Translations under genes and position numbers: made by a program
Notes under the pieces: generated by a model
Told to the model about the DNA's origin: nothing
The model's input: the letters and a program-made list of their open reading frames with translations, nothing else
Database searches by the model: none
Shown here: in pieces, positions 1 to 11,150 of the stretch
Layout: each line of letters begins with the position of its first letter
Numbering within the stretch: position 1 is the first letter of the stretch
Assembly: GCF_004010195.1 (NCBI RefSeq)
Contig: NC_057718.1
Span: forward strand, 7,560,787-7,624,786
Direction of reading: 5' to 3'
Source of the DNA: Chiloscyllium plagiosum
Taxonomy: Eukaryota
Length of the DNA: 64,000 nucleotides

Positions 1-561
1 GCTCATGCGCTCCTTCTCTTGCTCTCTCACCCTCTTCTTTTGTTTTCTTTTTCTCTCATTTTCTCTCATGCCTTTCTCTATTATTATCTTTCCTTCTCTC
101 TCTCTCTCCTTTTTCTGTTATGTGCACTTTTCTCATTTTTGAAGCATGTTTGCCCCACATTCCTTTTCCATTTAATTTACCGTCCCCCACCACCCCAACC
201 TTCTGTGCTTTGTTCTCTAATGGCCCAAGGTTTGTTGTAACCAGTGAGGAGTTCCTGAACCATCTTGGGCTTATGGAATGGAGACTGGGTTCCACAGTTA
301 GGGAATGAACATTGGCAAATGAAGGAGCAGGGTTTGGGTCAAATCCCATTTACAGTGATAGTGGAAGACCCTTTCTTCAGGAGATAAATGTCCATTGAGA
401 CCTCAATGACAGCATTATTAATATAGGGTTCTATGCTACAGGACCAACACACACGTATCAGCTGCTGCCTGGTATGAGGTAACACATATGTAATACATGG
501 TTCTGGATTAGGGTGGTGCTGGAAAAGCACAGCAGGTCAGGCAGCATCCCAGGAGCAGGAA

Positions 562-596
562 AATTGACGTTTCGGGCAAAAGCCCTTCATCAGGAA
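562..596 (-). ncRNA. Minimal type I hammerhead ribozyme motif (intact core)
   Basis: Minus strand ttc-CTGATGA-a-gggc-tttt-gccc-GAAA-c-gtc-aatt: both conserved core boxes, a 4-bp stem II and a GUC triplet. Helix III is reduced to palindromic ACGT. Confidence 0.7.
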
Positions 597-1157
597 TAGA
601 GAGGTTTTTGATGTTTGAGATGGTGTTGAAATATTGTTTGTTGAGAGTATGAATTCTTCTTTGAATATAGTAAAGGAGGGGCCCTCAGCTGAGGCAGGGC
701 TGACTGTAGAGAGTTAGGAGCCGGCGCGTGGCTGCGAGTGTGGAGCGGAGGATCCTGAAGGAGAACCGTTGCTGGTGTTTTTGAATCTGTGGTCTGTATT
801 GTTTGTCCTGTTCGGTTCCAAACTCTGCTGGTTTAAAAGTGGTCCGGAGTCCGTGTGGGATCAGTTGGCTACTGAGGCAGCAAATGTGGCTGTGGTAGTG
901 AGTCTGTCTCAGGACATGGTTGAGGAGCTTCAGGGCAGAGGAGATGACCTGGGAGTTGCAGTGGGAGAGGGACTCCCTGAGATTCTTGTAGAGAGAGGAG
1001 GAGAACCTCTTCAAGGCAGGCATCCTTGCAAGAGGATTCGCAGTAGGGTTAAAATCAACGAGGCAAAAACAAGGACTGCAGATGCTGGAAACCCGAGTCT
1101 GGATCAGAGTGGTGCTGGAAAGGCACAGCAGGTCGGGCCGCATCCAAGGAGCAGGAA

Positions 1158-1192
1158 AATTGACGTTTCCGGCAGAAGCCCTTCATCAGGAA
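1158..1192 (-). ncRNA. Second hammerhead motif of the same element (stem II closing pair mismatched)
   Basis: Minus strand ttc-CTGATGA-a-gggc-ttct-gccg-GAAA-c-gtc-aatt. Confidence 0.6.
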
Positions 1193-1381
1193 GAGAAGAT
1201 GTAATACATGGTAATGATTAGAATATGTAAAACATGGCCCATTTTTCCATTTTTTTTTTTTAGCTGAGGCAGATTGGTGAGTCCATGTGAGAGAACCATT
1301 TTAAATTGAGGAAGGGCAGTGTTCTGTCACTGGAAGTGAATTATTTCCAGTTGTTGAGAATGAATTTTGAGTCAATGGTTT

Positions 1382-1825
1382 GGGGCTGTTATGGCACAGT
1401 GGTAGTGTTCTTCCCTTTGGTCTAGCAAGCATTGGTTCAACACCCAACTGCTCCAGAGTTGTCGTATCCTCTCTCAACAGATTGATTGGAAAATGTATGA
1501 ACTCTCCAACCCATATTTGGAGATTGGAACTCCAGTTTAAAGGGTTTGGGGGATCTTGTGGCACATTGGTAGTGTCCTTACCTTTTAAAGTAGGAGACCA
1601 TAGTTCACCTACACCAGAGGTGTGTAATAACCTTTCTGATGGGGTTGATTTGGAAAATAACTATACGCTTCAGTTATGGATTCAGAAAATATAAATAGAG
1701 ATTAAATAATGTGGGAGTCCGAAGGCGTGGTGGTGTCCTTGTGTCTGGGTCAGAAGATTCAGGTTCAAGTCCCACCTGCTCCAGACATGGCACAAAGTGT
1801 CTTGAGCTGCTTGATTAAAAATACT
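1382..1825 (+). repeat. Three head-to-tail diverged copies of a short tRNA-like SINE
   Basis: Units start at ~1382, ~1550 and ~1713. Each has tggcacagtggtagtgt (A-box-like), ggttcaa..cc (B-box-like) and ttgatt.gaaaat. Solo copies occur at ~17398-17505(-), ~56860-56975 and ~60140-60245(-). Confidence 0.65.
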
Positions 1826-1989
1826 TTTCTTGAGGTTACTTGGGGGAAACAGCTAGGAACTGTGGGAATCACTGAATCAGATAAACTCAAATCTCTCTGG
1901 GTGAAAGAAGGGTGGTTAAAAGGAAAGATGATTACAATGGGTCACTGTGATTCAAACTGTGATACATTGTACCCTCCTAAAGTCTTAAA

Positions 1990-3000
1990 CAATGAGTTAA
2001 ATCCTTTAAACTTAGAGCTGGACTGATCAGGGGTGATAGCAGGAAGCACCTCTCATGTGGGGCAATCCAGAATGAGAGGTCGTGGTTTTACGGTGAAGGA
2101 TGGCAGATTTAAAACAGACGAGGAGGAATTATTTCCCTCAATAGGTTTGAATCTGTAGAATTCATCAGAGAGCAATGGATACTGGGACACTGAGGAAGAG
2201 CTGGACAGATATTTAGTCAGCAATGGGCTGAGCGATTACGTAGACCTTTCAGGAAGGTGGAGTTGAGGCTAAGATGAGATCATGGTCACAAATGTCTCAA
2301 ATGGCTGAGCCAGGAGTAGGCAATTCAGTCCCTCGGTCTTGTGTTCTAATCAGAAAGACTAATGGAATGTTGGCCCTTATTTCAATGGGTTTGGAGTATA
2401 AGAGTAGGGAAATCTTTCTGCAACTGTACAAGGTGCTGGTGAGACCACATCTGGAGTACCGTGGGCAGCTTTGGTCCCCTTATTTAAGAAAAGATGTTAC
2501 TTCATTGGAGGCAGTTCAGTGGAGGTTCATTAGGATGATCCCTGGTATGGAGGGATTGATTGTCTTATGGGCAAAGGGTAATCTGGCTGGGATTCTACCC
2601 ACTGGAGCTTAGAAGAATGAGAGGTGATCTCATTGAAACATATCAGATTCTGAAGGGTCTTGACAGGGTCAATGCTGAGAGGATGTTCCTCCTCATGGAA
2701 GCGTCTCAGACCAAAGGGCATGGTCTCAGAATACAGGGGCACCAGTTTAAGACTGAGATGAGGAGGAATTTCTTCACTCAGAGGGTTGTGAGCCTTTGGA
2801 ACTCCTTGCCACAGAGAGCAGTGGGGGCACAGTCCTTGTGTATATTTAAGACAGTTTCTTGATCAGTCAGGGAATCGAGGGTGACAGGGAAAAGGCAGGA
2901 ACGTGGAGGTGAGGAATGTCAGATCAGCCATGACCCTGTTGAATGGTGGAGCAGGCTGAAGGCGATAAGTGGCCGCTTCCTGTTCCTATTTCCCAGGGTC
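1990..3000 (+). mobile_element. Two adjacent CR1-type LINE 3' fragments
   Basis: ORF2 C-terminal peptides LYKVLVRPHLEY..WSPYLRKD and LRRMRGDLIETYQIL..TQRVVSLWNSLP, plus 3' UTR gatcagccatga. Confidence 0.85.
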
Positions 3001-3603
3001 AGAAACAGAAACTGTGAAAATCTGGAACTCACTCACTACCTCAAAAATGCTGTCAAAAAATGTGGATTGATTGAACAGTTCCAAAACTGGGATAGTTTTG
3101 TTTCAATTGGTGAAGGGTGTTGAACATGTCATGGCAAGGAGGATAAATGGAGTTAAGCTGTATGAACTAATTGAAAAATGAAACAAAGGGCTGAATGGTC
3201 TCTTCCTGGCCCTGTTGGGGAGGATTGGATGGGCTGAATGGCCTGATGGTGCATTGACACTGTTTGTGGAAGTGATGGTACACTCCTGAACTGAAAGGAA
3301 AAATTGCCCGTTACTGGACAATTGTTCTCAGTGACTAAGAGCTATTAGTTGCTGACTCCAGCATATGTCTGCATGGTGAGTCATAACATTACAAACAGCT
3401 AAAGTAATGTTTGGGGATGGAGATTGGCTCCCATATAGTGCATCACAGACTCTGTGTGTCTGAGTGTGTGTCAGTGTGTGTGTGCATGTGTGTATGGGCT
3501 ACGTCTATGCCTTGTCATCACATACAAACCACCCGCTCTTCCCCAGATCCTCCAACTGCTACCCCATCCCCTTCCCCCTCCTCTGCCCAGCTGCCCTGTA
3601 GCA

Positions 3604-3707
3604 ATAAGTGAGGACTGCAGATGCTGGAGATCAGAGCTGAAAATGTGTTGCTGGAAAAGCTCCTTAGATGCTGCCTGACCTGCTGCGCTTTTCCAGCAAC
3701 ACATTTT
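3604..3707. mobile_element. PLE-derived fold-back mini-element
   Basis: Perfect 22-bp inverted repeat at 3639-3660 and 3687-3708. 13-bp TSD ctgccc(t/c)gtagca at 3591-3603 and 3708-3720. Confidence 0.8.
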
Positions 3708-4214
3708 CTGCCCCGTAGCAGTGACCATCAGAGGGGTAAACATCCATCTCTCTCTCTGGATACACATTGTCTACATGGCCACACATGAGTGATTGCCCCA
3801 GAAATTAGTTAAAAACCCAGCCCTGCTGAATTAGCCGTGCAGGTTCAATGTTATATTCTTCCAAATTCTGCGAATCATCAAACGATGGGGTGTTCCCTTG
3901 AATTTGTGACTGAGAAGAGTTTGTTTTAAATTGAGAGTTTTATTTCAAGTTTTTTTAAATCAAAAAATGGAATCAAAACACTGTCTTCTGTTTTAAAATG
4001 CCAAAGAATCAATGGCCAATTTATTTTGGTTTTGGTTACCTGCATTCCCTACTTAAGTGGAATACCTAGTCAGTACGGAGTCCAGTTAGTATGACCCTTA
4101 CTTGCCCTCTATAATGGCCACAGGTCTGGACCAGGTCAGAATTTCTATTTCCTCCTCGAAAGAAACAGATTGTTTTACCTGTGTAGTAACATTCACAGAC
4201 CATAACCAGTTTAG

Positions 4215-5695
4215 ACAGTATGCAAACACACAGCAAGTGAAGTATAATGTGGATAAATATAAGGCTATCCACTATTGTACCAAAAACTGGAAGGTGAGTT
4301 ATTATCTGAATGCTGGTTGATGGGGAAAGGAGGCGGAGCAATGAGCCCTGGGAGTCCTTGTACACCAGTCACTGAAGATAAATATTCAGGAGCGGCAGAG
4401 GTGAAGAAGGTGAACAGTATGTTGACCTTCATAGTGAGAGGATTTGAGTACAGGAGCAGGGATGTCTTGCTGGAGTTGTACAGAGCCTTGGTGAGACTAC
4501 AGCTGGAGTACTGTGTGCAGTTGTGGTCCCCTTTATCTGAGGAGTGATGTTCTGGCGATGGAGGGAGTACGGCGAAGGTTTACCAGACTGATTCCCGGGA
4601 TGGCGCGGCAGCTTACAAAGAGGGATTGGATCAGTTGGGACTATATTCACTAGCGTTCAGAAAAATGAAGGAGATTTTCACAAAAATCTATAAAACTACA
4701 TAGCTCCTTTAAGGTAGAGTCGCAGGTCGATAGGATAGCGAAGAAGGCATTTGGTATGCTTTCCTTTATTGGTCAGAGTTGGGAGGTCATGTTGCAGTTG
4801 TACAGGACATTGCTTAGGCCACTTTTGGAATATGGCATGCAATTCTGGTCTCCTTCCTATCAGAAGGATGTTGTGAAACTTGAAAGGGTTCAGAAAAGAT
4901 TTACAAGGATGTTGGAAGATTAGAGCTCTAGGGAGAGGCTGAACAGGCTGGGGCTATTTTCCTTGGAGCGCCGGAGGCTGAGGGGTGACCTTATAGAGGT
5001 GTATAAAATCATGGGGGGGCATGGATAGGATAAATAGACAAAGTCTTTTCCCTGGGGTGGGGGAATGCAGAACTAGAGGCCATAGATTTAGGGTGAGAGG
5101 GGAAAGATTTAAAAGAGACCTAAGGGACAATGTTTTCACACAGAGGGTGGTACAGGTATGGAATGAGCTGCCAGAGGAAGTGGTGGAGGCTGGTACAATT
5201 GCAACATTTAAAAGGCACCTGGATTGGTATGTGAATTTGGAGGGATGTGGGCCGGGTCCTGGCAGGGGGACTAGATTGGGTTGGGATATCTGGTCGGCAT
5301 GGACGGGTTGGACCGAAGGGTCTGTTTCCGTGCTGTACATTTCCACGACTCTATGACTAGACTGGGTAAAAACAGGAAGGGAATTCCTGATGACTGGAGA
5401 GATTAGAACCAGAGGTCAGAGCCAAAAGATATAGGGTAGGCCATTCTGGACTGAGATGAGAAATGTCTTCATCCAGAGAGTGGGCAGCCTTTAGAATTCT
5501 TTGCCACAGAAAGCAGTTGAGGCCAAAACATACAATGTTTCAGAAGGGAGTCAGACATAATTCTTGGAGCTAAAGGGATCAAAGTTTGTAGGGAGAAAGT
5601 GGGAACAGGGGACTGAGTTGGATGATCAACCATGATCATATTGAAGGGACAGCAGGCCGGAAGGGCTGAATGGCCTACTCCTGTTTCTATGGCCA
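4215..5695 (+). mobile_element. CR1 LINE fragment interrupted by a HER1-like LINE
   Basis: LLELYRALVRLQLEYCVQLWSP before ~4697. The same element resumes at ~5359 and runs to its 3' UTR. Confidence 0.8.
4698..5358 (+). mobile_element. HER1-like CR1 LINE, 5'-truncated
   Basis: RTRGHRFRVRGERFKRDLR..FTQRVVQVWNELPEEVVEAGTI, followed by 3' end ggtcggcatggac..gaccgaagggtctgtttcc..ctctatgact. Confidence 0.85.
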
Positions 5696-5699
5696 CTGT

Positions 5700-6127
5700 T
5701 CATCCCAGAGTGCTTTGCAGTCAGTAAAGTAAGTTTCCTTTTTAACGTGTAGTCCTTGTTATTAAGGAAACATTGGCAGCCATTTTTTTTCACTGCAACC
5801 TCCCACAGCAGTATTACAAAAATGATCAGATGATCTGTTTTTGTGATGTTGATTTTGAGGGATATATATTAGTCAGGGCACCAGGGAAGAACTCTCCAGA
5901 TCCTTTTTCAAAATAATACCCAGGTGGATCTTTCACAGACACCTGAGAGAAGGGATGAAGCCTCCGTTTAATGTATAATTAGAGAGACAACAACTCTGAC
6001 ATTGCCCCCCTCAGTCCCTCCACTGGCGTCTCCGCTGAGATGTTGCACTTAAAGCCCGGAGTGTGACTCGAACCCAACAATCATCTGACTCCAAGGTGAG
6101 AGCAACACTCACTGAGCCACGGCTGAC
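5700..6127 (-). mobile_element. Deu-domain SINE (SacSINE1/AmnSINE1-like), near full length
   Basis: tRNA-like head at ~6125-6060 on minus. The central region is the reverse complement of cagatcatctgatcatt..gctgtgggaggttgcagtg..tggctgcc..tttcct. Confidence 0.7.
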
Positions 6128-6514
6128 AGGTGTCAGCACACCTACCGAATATCAGCTCTTCACCCTCTGATTGTGTTAAACAGTATTCTGACTCTTCAGC
6201 TGCAATGGGAGGGGGGAGTTAGACAGAGGAAAATTGAGCCCACGTTCTCTGGAATATTGGCCCTTTGACGACACAGCCGTAGCAGTGTTGTTTTGACAGT
6301 GGTGTCACTGTTAAGCTATTCCTGTTTCAGATTTGCTTGTTTTTCAGACAGACTTGCGAGATGACAATTAGAAGTGGAAACTCAGGCTGGTAGAATGTAT
6401 ATTATTTTCCCCTCCTCCATTGTTTTGTTCTGTAAACTTCTCAGCAAGTTAACTTACTGTGCCATGATTAAACAAACCCAATTTGTGTGTGGGGCAGACA
6501 TGCCGTGAGACATG

Positions 6515-8035
6515 TTCCAGCAACACTGGCAGCTGCCCTGCAATGTGGAATATTGCCCTGGTATATCACTTGGCAGGAGAAATCCAACCTGGCCAATTAC
6601 TGCCCATCAATCCACTCTCAATGTGTCATTATCAGTGCTCAGCAATAACCCAAACAACCAGTTTGGGTTATGCCAGGGTCATTCAGCTCCTGACCTCATT
6701 ACAGCCTTGGTTCAAACATGGACAAAAGAGCTGAATTCCAGAGGGGAGGGTAAAAGCCCCTCCCATCAAGATAACTTTTGACTGACTGACATCAGCAAAA
6801 TGGATATCAGGGAACAAACTCTCCGCTGGTTGGAGTCTTACCTGGCACATAGAAAGATGGTGGTGGTGGTAGTAGTAGTAGTAGTATCCGAGGCCCAACC
6901 ATCTTCAGCTGCTTTATGAATGACCTTTCCTCCGTCATAAGGTCAGAAGTGGGATGTCCACCAATGATTGCACAATGTTCAGCACCATCCGCAACTCCTC
7001 AGATACTGAAGCAGTGCATGTTCAAACGCAGCAAGGTCTGGACAATATCCAGGCTTGGGCTGACAAGTGGCAAGTAGCATTGTATGGTGGTTGCATGGCA
7101 TGAATATCCAACCACTATCATATCCAACAAGAGAGAATCTAACCATTAACCTTTGGCCTTCAGTGACATTACCATCGCTGAGTTCCCTACTATCAACATC
7201 CTGGGGGGGGGGGGGGGGCAGGAGGGAGGTTATCATTGACCAGAAACTGAACTGGGCTAGCCATATAAATACTATAATAAGACAAAGACCTGAGGATGTT
7301 GGAAATCTGAAAAACAAAAATTGCTGGAGAAACTCAGTAGGTCTGGCAGCAACTGTCGGAGAAAGCGGAATTAATCTTTCAGTACAGTGACCCGTCTTCA
7401 CTGGAACATGGGTCACTGGACCCAAAATCTTAACATTGCTTTGTTTGCATAGATGCTACCAGATCTGCTGAGTTTTATGCAAATAAAGAGACTGGGAATT
7501 CTGCAGCAAGTAACTCATCTCCTGAGTCCCCAAAGTCTGCCCACCATCTACAAGGCACAAATTGGGAGTGCGATGGATTACTCCCCAGTTGCCTGGATAG
7601 TTACAGCTCCAACAACACTCAAGAAACTTGACACCATCCAGGACAAAGCAGCCCACTTGATTGGCACCGCATCCACTCCCTCCACCACCGACACTCAGTA
7701 GCAGCAGTGAGTACCATCTACAAGATGCACTGCAGCAACTCACCAAGGGTCCTTAGACAGCACCTTCCAAATCCATGACCACTTCCATCTAGAAGCACAA
7801 GGGCAGCAGACACTTGGGAACACCACCCCTCTGCATGATCCCCTCCAAGCCACTCCCCATCCTGACTTGGAAATGCATCGCTGTTGCTTCACTGCCGCTG
7901 GGTCAAATCCTGAAATTCCCTCCCTAAGGGCATTGTGTGGCGGTTCAAGAAGGCAGCACACCACCACCTTCTCAAGGGGCAACTAGGGATGGACAATAAA
8001 TGCTGGGCCCAGCCAGCAACGCTCCAATCCCATGA
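6515..8035 (+). mobile_element. Degenerate LINE RT and 3' end (CR1/L2-group family, here called LINE-Z)
   Basis: NYCPI.., QFGLCQGHSAPDLITALVQTWTKELNSRGE and TIYKAQIGSAMDYSPVAW..TTLKKLDTIQDKAA. The tail is agggatggacaataaatgctgg. Confidence 0.8.
7280..7485. mobile_element. PLE-derived fold-back, second family (longer stem II), nested in LINE-Z
   Basis: Inverted arms aaactcagtaggtctggcagca..cagtgaccc and gggtcactggaccc..tgctaccagatctgctgagttt. Confidence 0.65.
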
Positions 8036-8109
8036 GTGGGTGGCTTCATTTTACTCTTTGACTATCTCATTGTCAGGATTAGAATGTCAGTGCGTCAGGT
8101 GAGAGTTGT

Positions 8110-8310
8110 TTGATTGAGCCATCGTTCGCCCTCACAGGGGGACATAAAACATCCTACAGCTGCTATATTGAAGAAACCCTTATCCCTTAATCAACATCTT
8201 AACACTAAAAATAGCCTCTCATTGATCACATTGTTCTCAGTGGGGACCTGCTGTGCATCAATTGTCTGCGATGTGGCAGTAACTGTAAAAGGGACACTGA
8301 GATCATGAAC
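8110..8310 (+). mobile_element. Deu-domain SINE fragment
   Basis: cattgatcacattgttctcagtggggacctgctgtgcatcaattg matches the Deu core seen at 25640-25800. Confidence 0.5.
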
Positions 8311-10210
8311 AATGATCATTTGAAGGTGTGTGAAGTATCTGCTTGCACATTATAGCTGCCTTGCAGTATAGTTAAATTTTGTCTTTCCACATGTTGGTTT
8401 GTGAGCATTTTTAACACATGATACAAAGATGAATCAATACCTGCATTGAATTTGACCTGACTGGCTTAAATGTGATCTCCTATGGTTTTGTGCACGAAAG
8501 TTTAAAATTGCACTCCTCTTGTCCCCCTGCCGACAAGTAGGGAGTTGTGATTTGACCCCCTTAAGACCACGCATTCTGTCCTTCTCTTGCAAATACATTT
8601 ACTCTTGAGGTGCAACAATGATCACTAGGGAGACAGAGACGGCTGGTGGATAGTGTCTCCTCTGCACAACAACCTGACGAGGTGCCATTGTGGCAGCACA
8701 GTGCCATCTGTGGCTGGAGGATCTCCTCGCAGGCATGAAAAAGTTATGTAGGTCATTTCTACTCAGACAGGAATATATAATGGAAAGTTGACATAAATAA
8801 GAGAATGGAAAGTCATGTTTGGCATCCAGGAAATGTGTGCTAGAATAAGATTGTTTTCAAAAAAAAACTTTCTGTACTGATGCCAGTACTGAACTCTGAC
8901 TGCTCAGCATCTCAACATGTTTGTCTAGTGGATGTTTCCTATCAGAAGCTGGCAATGAAAACACCCTGCCTCCCCCCAGTGCAGAAATGAAAAGAAATGA
9001 GTTTGCTCAATTTCACTGCAGCTTTTAGAGACTGTGTCCACATCTTTTGGACACTTTTGCTCCAAATCTGCTGCTGAGCCTTGTTCTAATCCCAGCTGAT
9101 GTTACTACTGGATTGGTCAGATCCCAGAATGATATCTGGCTTGATATATCGTGTTTTGTAGTCGTGGTGTTCTTTCACGGAAATGCAAGTACACAAGCCT
9201 GCGGATTTGGTTTTAACAATAAAACACAAGTGGATTGCACAAAAGGAGTAAAAATAAATGGAACAAAAAAAATACAAGCTATCTACATCTAACAGTCTGA
9301 AAACTTTCAAAACCCATTGTGAACCAAAATCCCATCTAAACCCCAACACCATCACAGTCTTTTTCTTTTGACTCATACAAATGAAATCTTTGACTTTCTT
9401 ATCTGTGAAGAACCAATGTAGTTTTCTAACCAAACACTCCTGGCCTGTCAAGTTTTTGCCAACTATATTCATTCACTGATGTAACTAATTTCCTTCACTC
9501 TCTGAACAATCTCCTTTTTCTAATAGAGAAAATTCTTGCTTTTGACTAAAGTCAGATCTTCTTTAAGTTGGACTTAAAAGCTTTTGAACTATTCTTTTGC
9601 TCATCTTAGACTTTGCTAAGCCAATAGCCTCATGTTTTCTCTCTCCATTGTAATCAGACTTCTGTTTACACTCCAGGAAGCACATACTGTTCTTAAAAGT
9701 TATGGAAAGACTGATCTCGTTTATAATCCCCTTCACAAACCCATATACCACTAGTTCAAAATCCAAACTCTTAAAATGCTATATATAAATCACGCACCGT
9801 CCATCACAAAATGCTCATTCATAGTTTGTGCCTCCTGACTTAATTGTCCCAATGCCTTTCTGCTTAACCTACCACTTCACATCTTCTCTAAACTTGTGCC
9901 CATCTAGAACTCTGCTCTCAGCATTGCAACTTGCACCCGTTGCACCTCCACCTTTCTAACTTACATTACCTTCCAAACTAGCTGTGCCTCAATTTTCAAA
10001 TCACTTCCAATACCTCCCTGGCCTTATCCCTTCCTATCTGTGTGACCTTCCTCAGGCCTAGAACTGTGTTCCTCGAGTTTGACCGCTTGCATGTTCTTGA
10101 TAGTGATCATTCCATCAGGCATTGCCTTCCTTCAGTTGTCTGGAACCTACTTCGCTCTTGCTTTTGATCAGTTAACAGCACAGGAGCAATAGACTGCAGA
10201 TGCTGGAATC

Positions 10211-11150
10211 ATTAATGATTTGGATGTGAGCATAAGAGGTATAGTTAGTAAGTTTGCAGATGACACCGCAATTGGAGGGGTAGTGGACAGCGAAGAAGGT
10301 TATCTCAGATTATAAGGAAATTTTGATCAGATGGGCCAATGGCTGAGAAGTGGCAGATAGAGTGTAATTTAGATAAATGCGAGGTTCTGCATTTTGGGAA
10401 AGCAAATCTTAGCAGGGCTTATATACCGAATGGTAAGGTCCCAGGGAATGTTGCTGAACAAAGATACCTTGGAGTGCAGGTTCATAGCTCCTTGAAAGTA
10501 GAGTCGCAAGTAGATAGGATAGTGAAGAAGGTGTTTGGTATGCTTTCCCTTAATGGACAGAGTATTGAGTACAGGGATTGGGAGGTCATGTTGTGGCTGT
10601 ACAGGACATTGGTTAGGCCACGTTTGGAATATTGTGTGCATTTCTGGTCTCCTTCCTATTGGAAGAATGTTGTGAAACTTGAAAGGGTTTAGAAAAGATT
10701 TACAAGGATGTTGCCAGCGTTGGAGAATTTGAGCTATAGAGAGAGGCTGAACAGACTGGGGCAGTTTCCCCTGGAGCATTGGAGGCTGAGGGGGTGAGGT
10801 TTATAAACTCATGAGGGGTATGGGATAGGGTTAATAGACAAAGTTTTTTTTCCCTGGGGTGGGGGAGACCAGAATGAGAGAGCATAGGTTTAAGGTGAGA
10901 GGGAAAAGATATGAAAGAGACCTAAGGGGCAACCTTTTCACTCAGAGGGTGTACGTGTGTACAATAGGCTGCCAGAGGAGGCTAGTACAATTGCAACATT
11001 TAAGAGGCATTTGGATGGGCACATGAATAGGAAGGATTTGGAGGGATGTGGGCCGGATGCTGGCAGGTGGGACTGGATTGGGTTGGGATATCTGGTCGGC
11101 ATGGATGAGTTGGACCGAAGGGTCTGTTTCCGTGCTGTACATCTCTATGA
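10211..11150 (+). mobile_element. HER1-like CR1 LINE, 5'-truncated
   Basis: The start encodes INDLD..SKFADDT (RT motif), then LYRTLVRPRLEYCVHFWSP. It ends in atctctatga. Confidence 0.9.

Larger units (their letters stand above)
502..1198 (-). mobile_element. Internally deleted Penelope-like element: two direct terminal repeats flanking the start of the PLE ORF
   Basis: Direct repeats at ~502-598 and ~1098-1195. Perfect 14-bp TSD atgtaatacatggt at 488-501 and 1199-1212. Minus ORF 685-1143 (..LRQTHYHSHICCLSSQLIPHGLRTTFKP..) resembles a PLE ORF N-terminus. Confidence 0.8.

Noticed and set aside
6320..6400. Exon after ttgtttttcag
   Set aside because: The acceptor is plausible but the nearest donor (gtagaa) is poor.
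8699..8714. CTCF site (cagtgccatctgtggc)
   Set aside because: Only the AGATGGCACTG half fits. The other half has three mismatches, too weak without a PWM score or ChIP data.
9047..9766. Short ORFs in an AT-rich stretch
   Set aside because: No recognisable domain or splice support.
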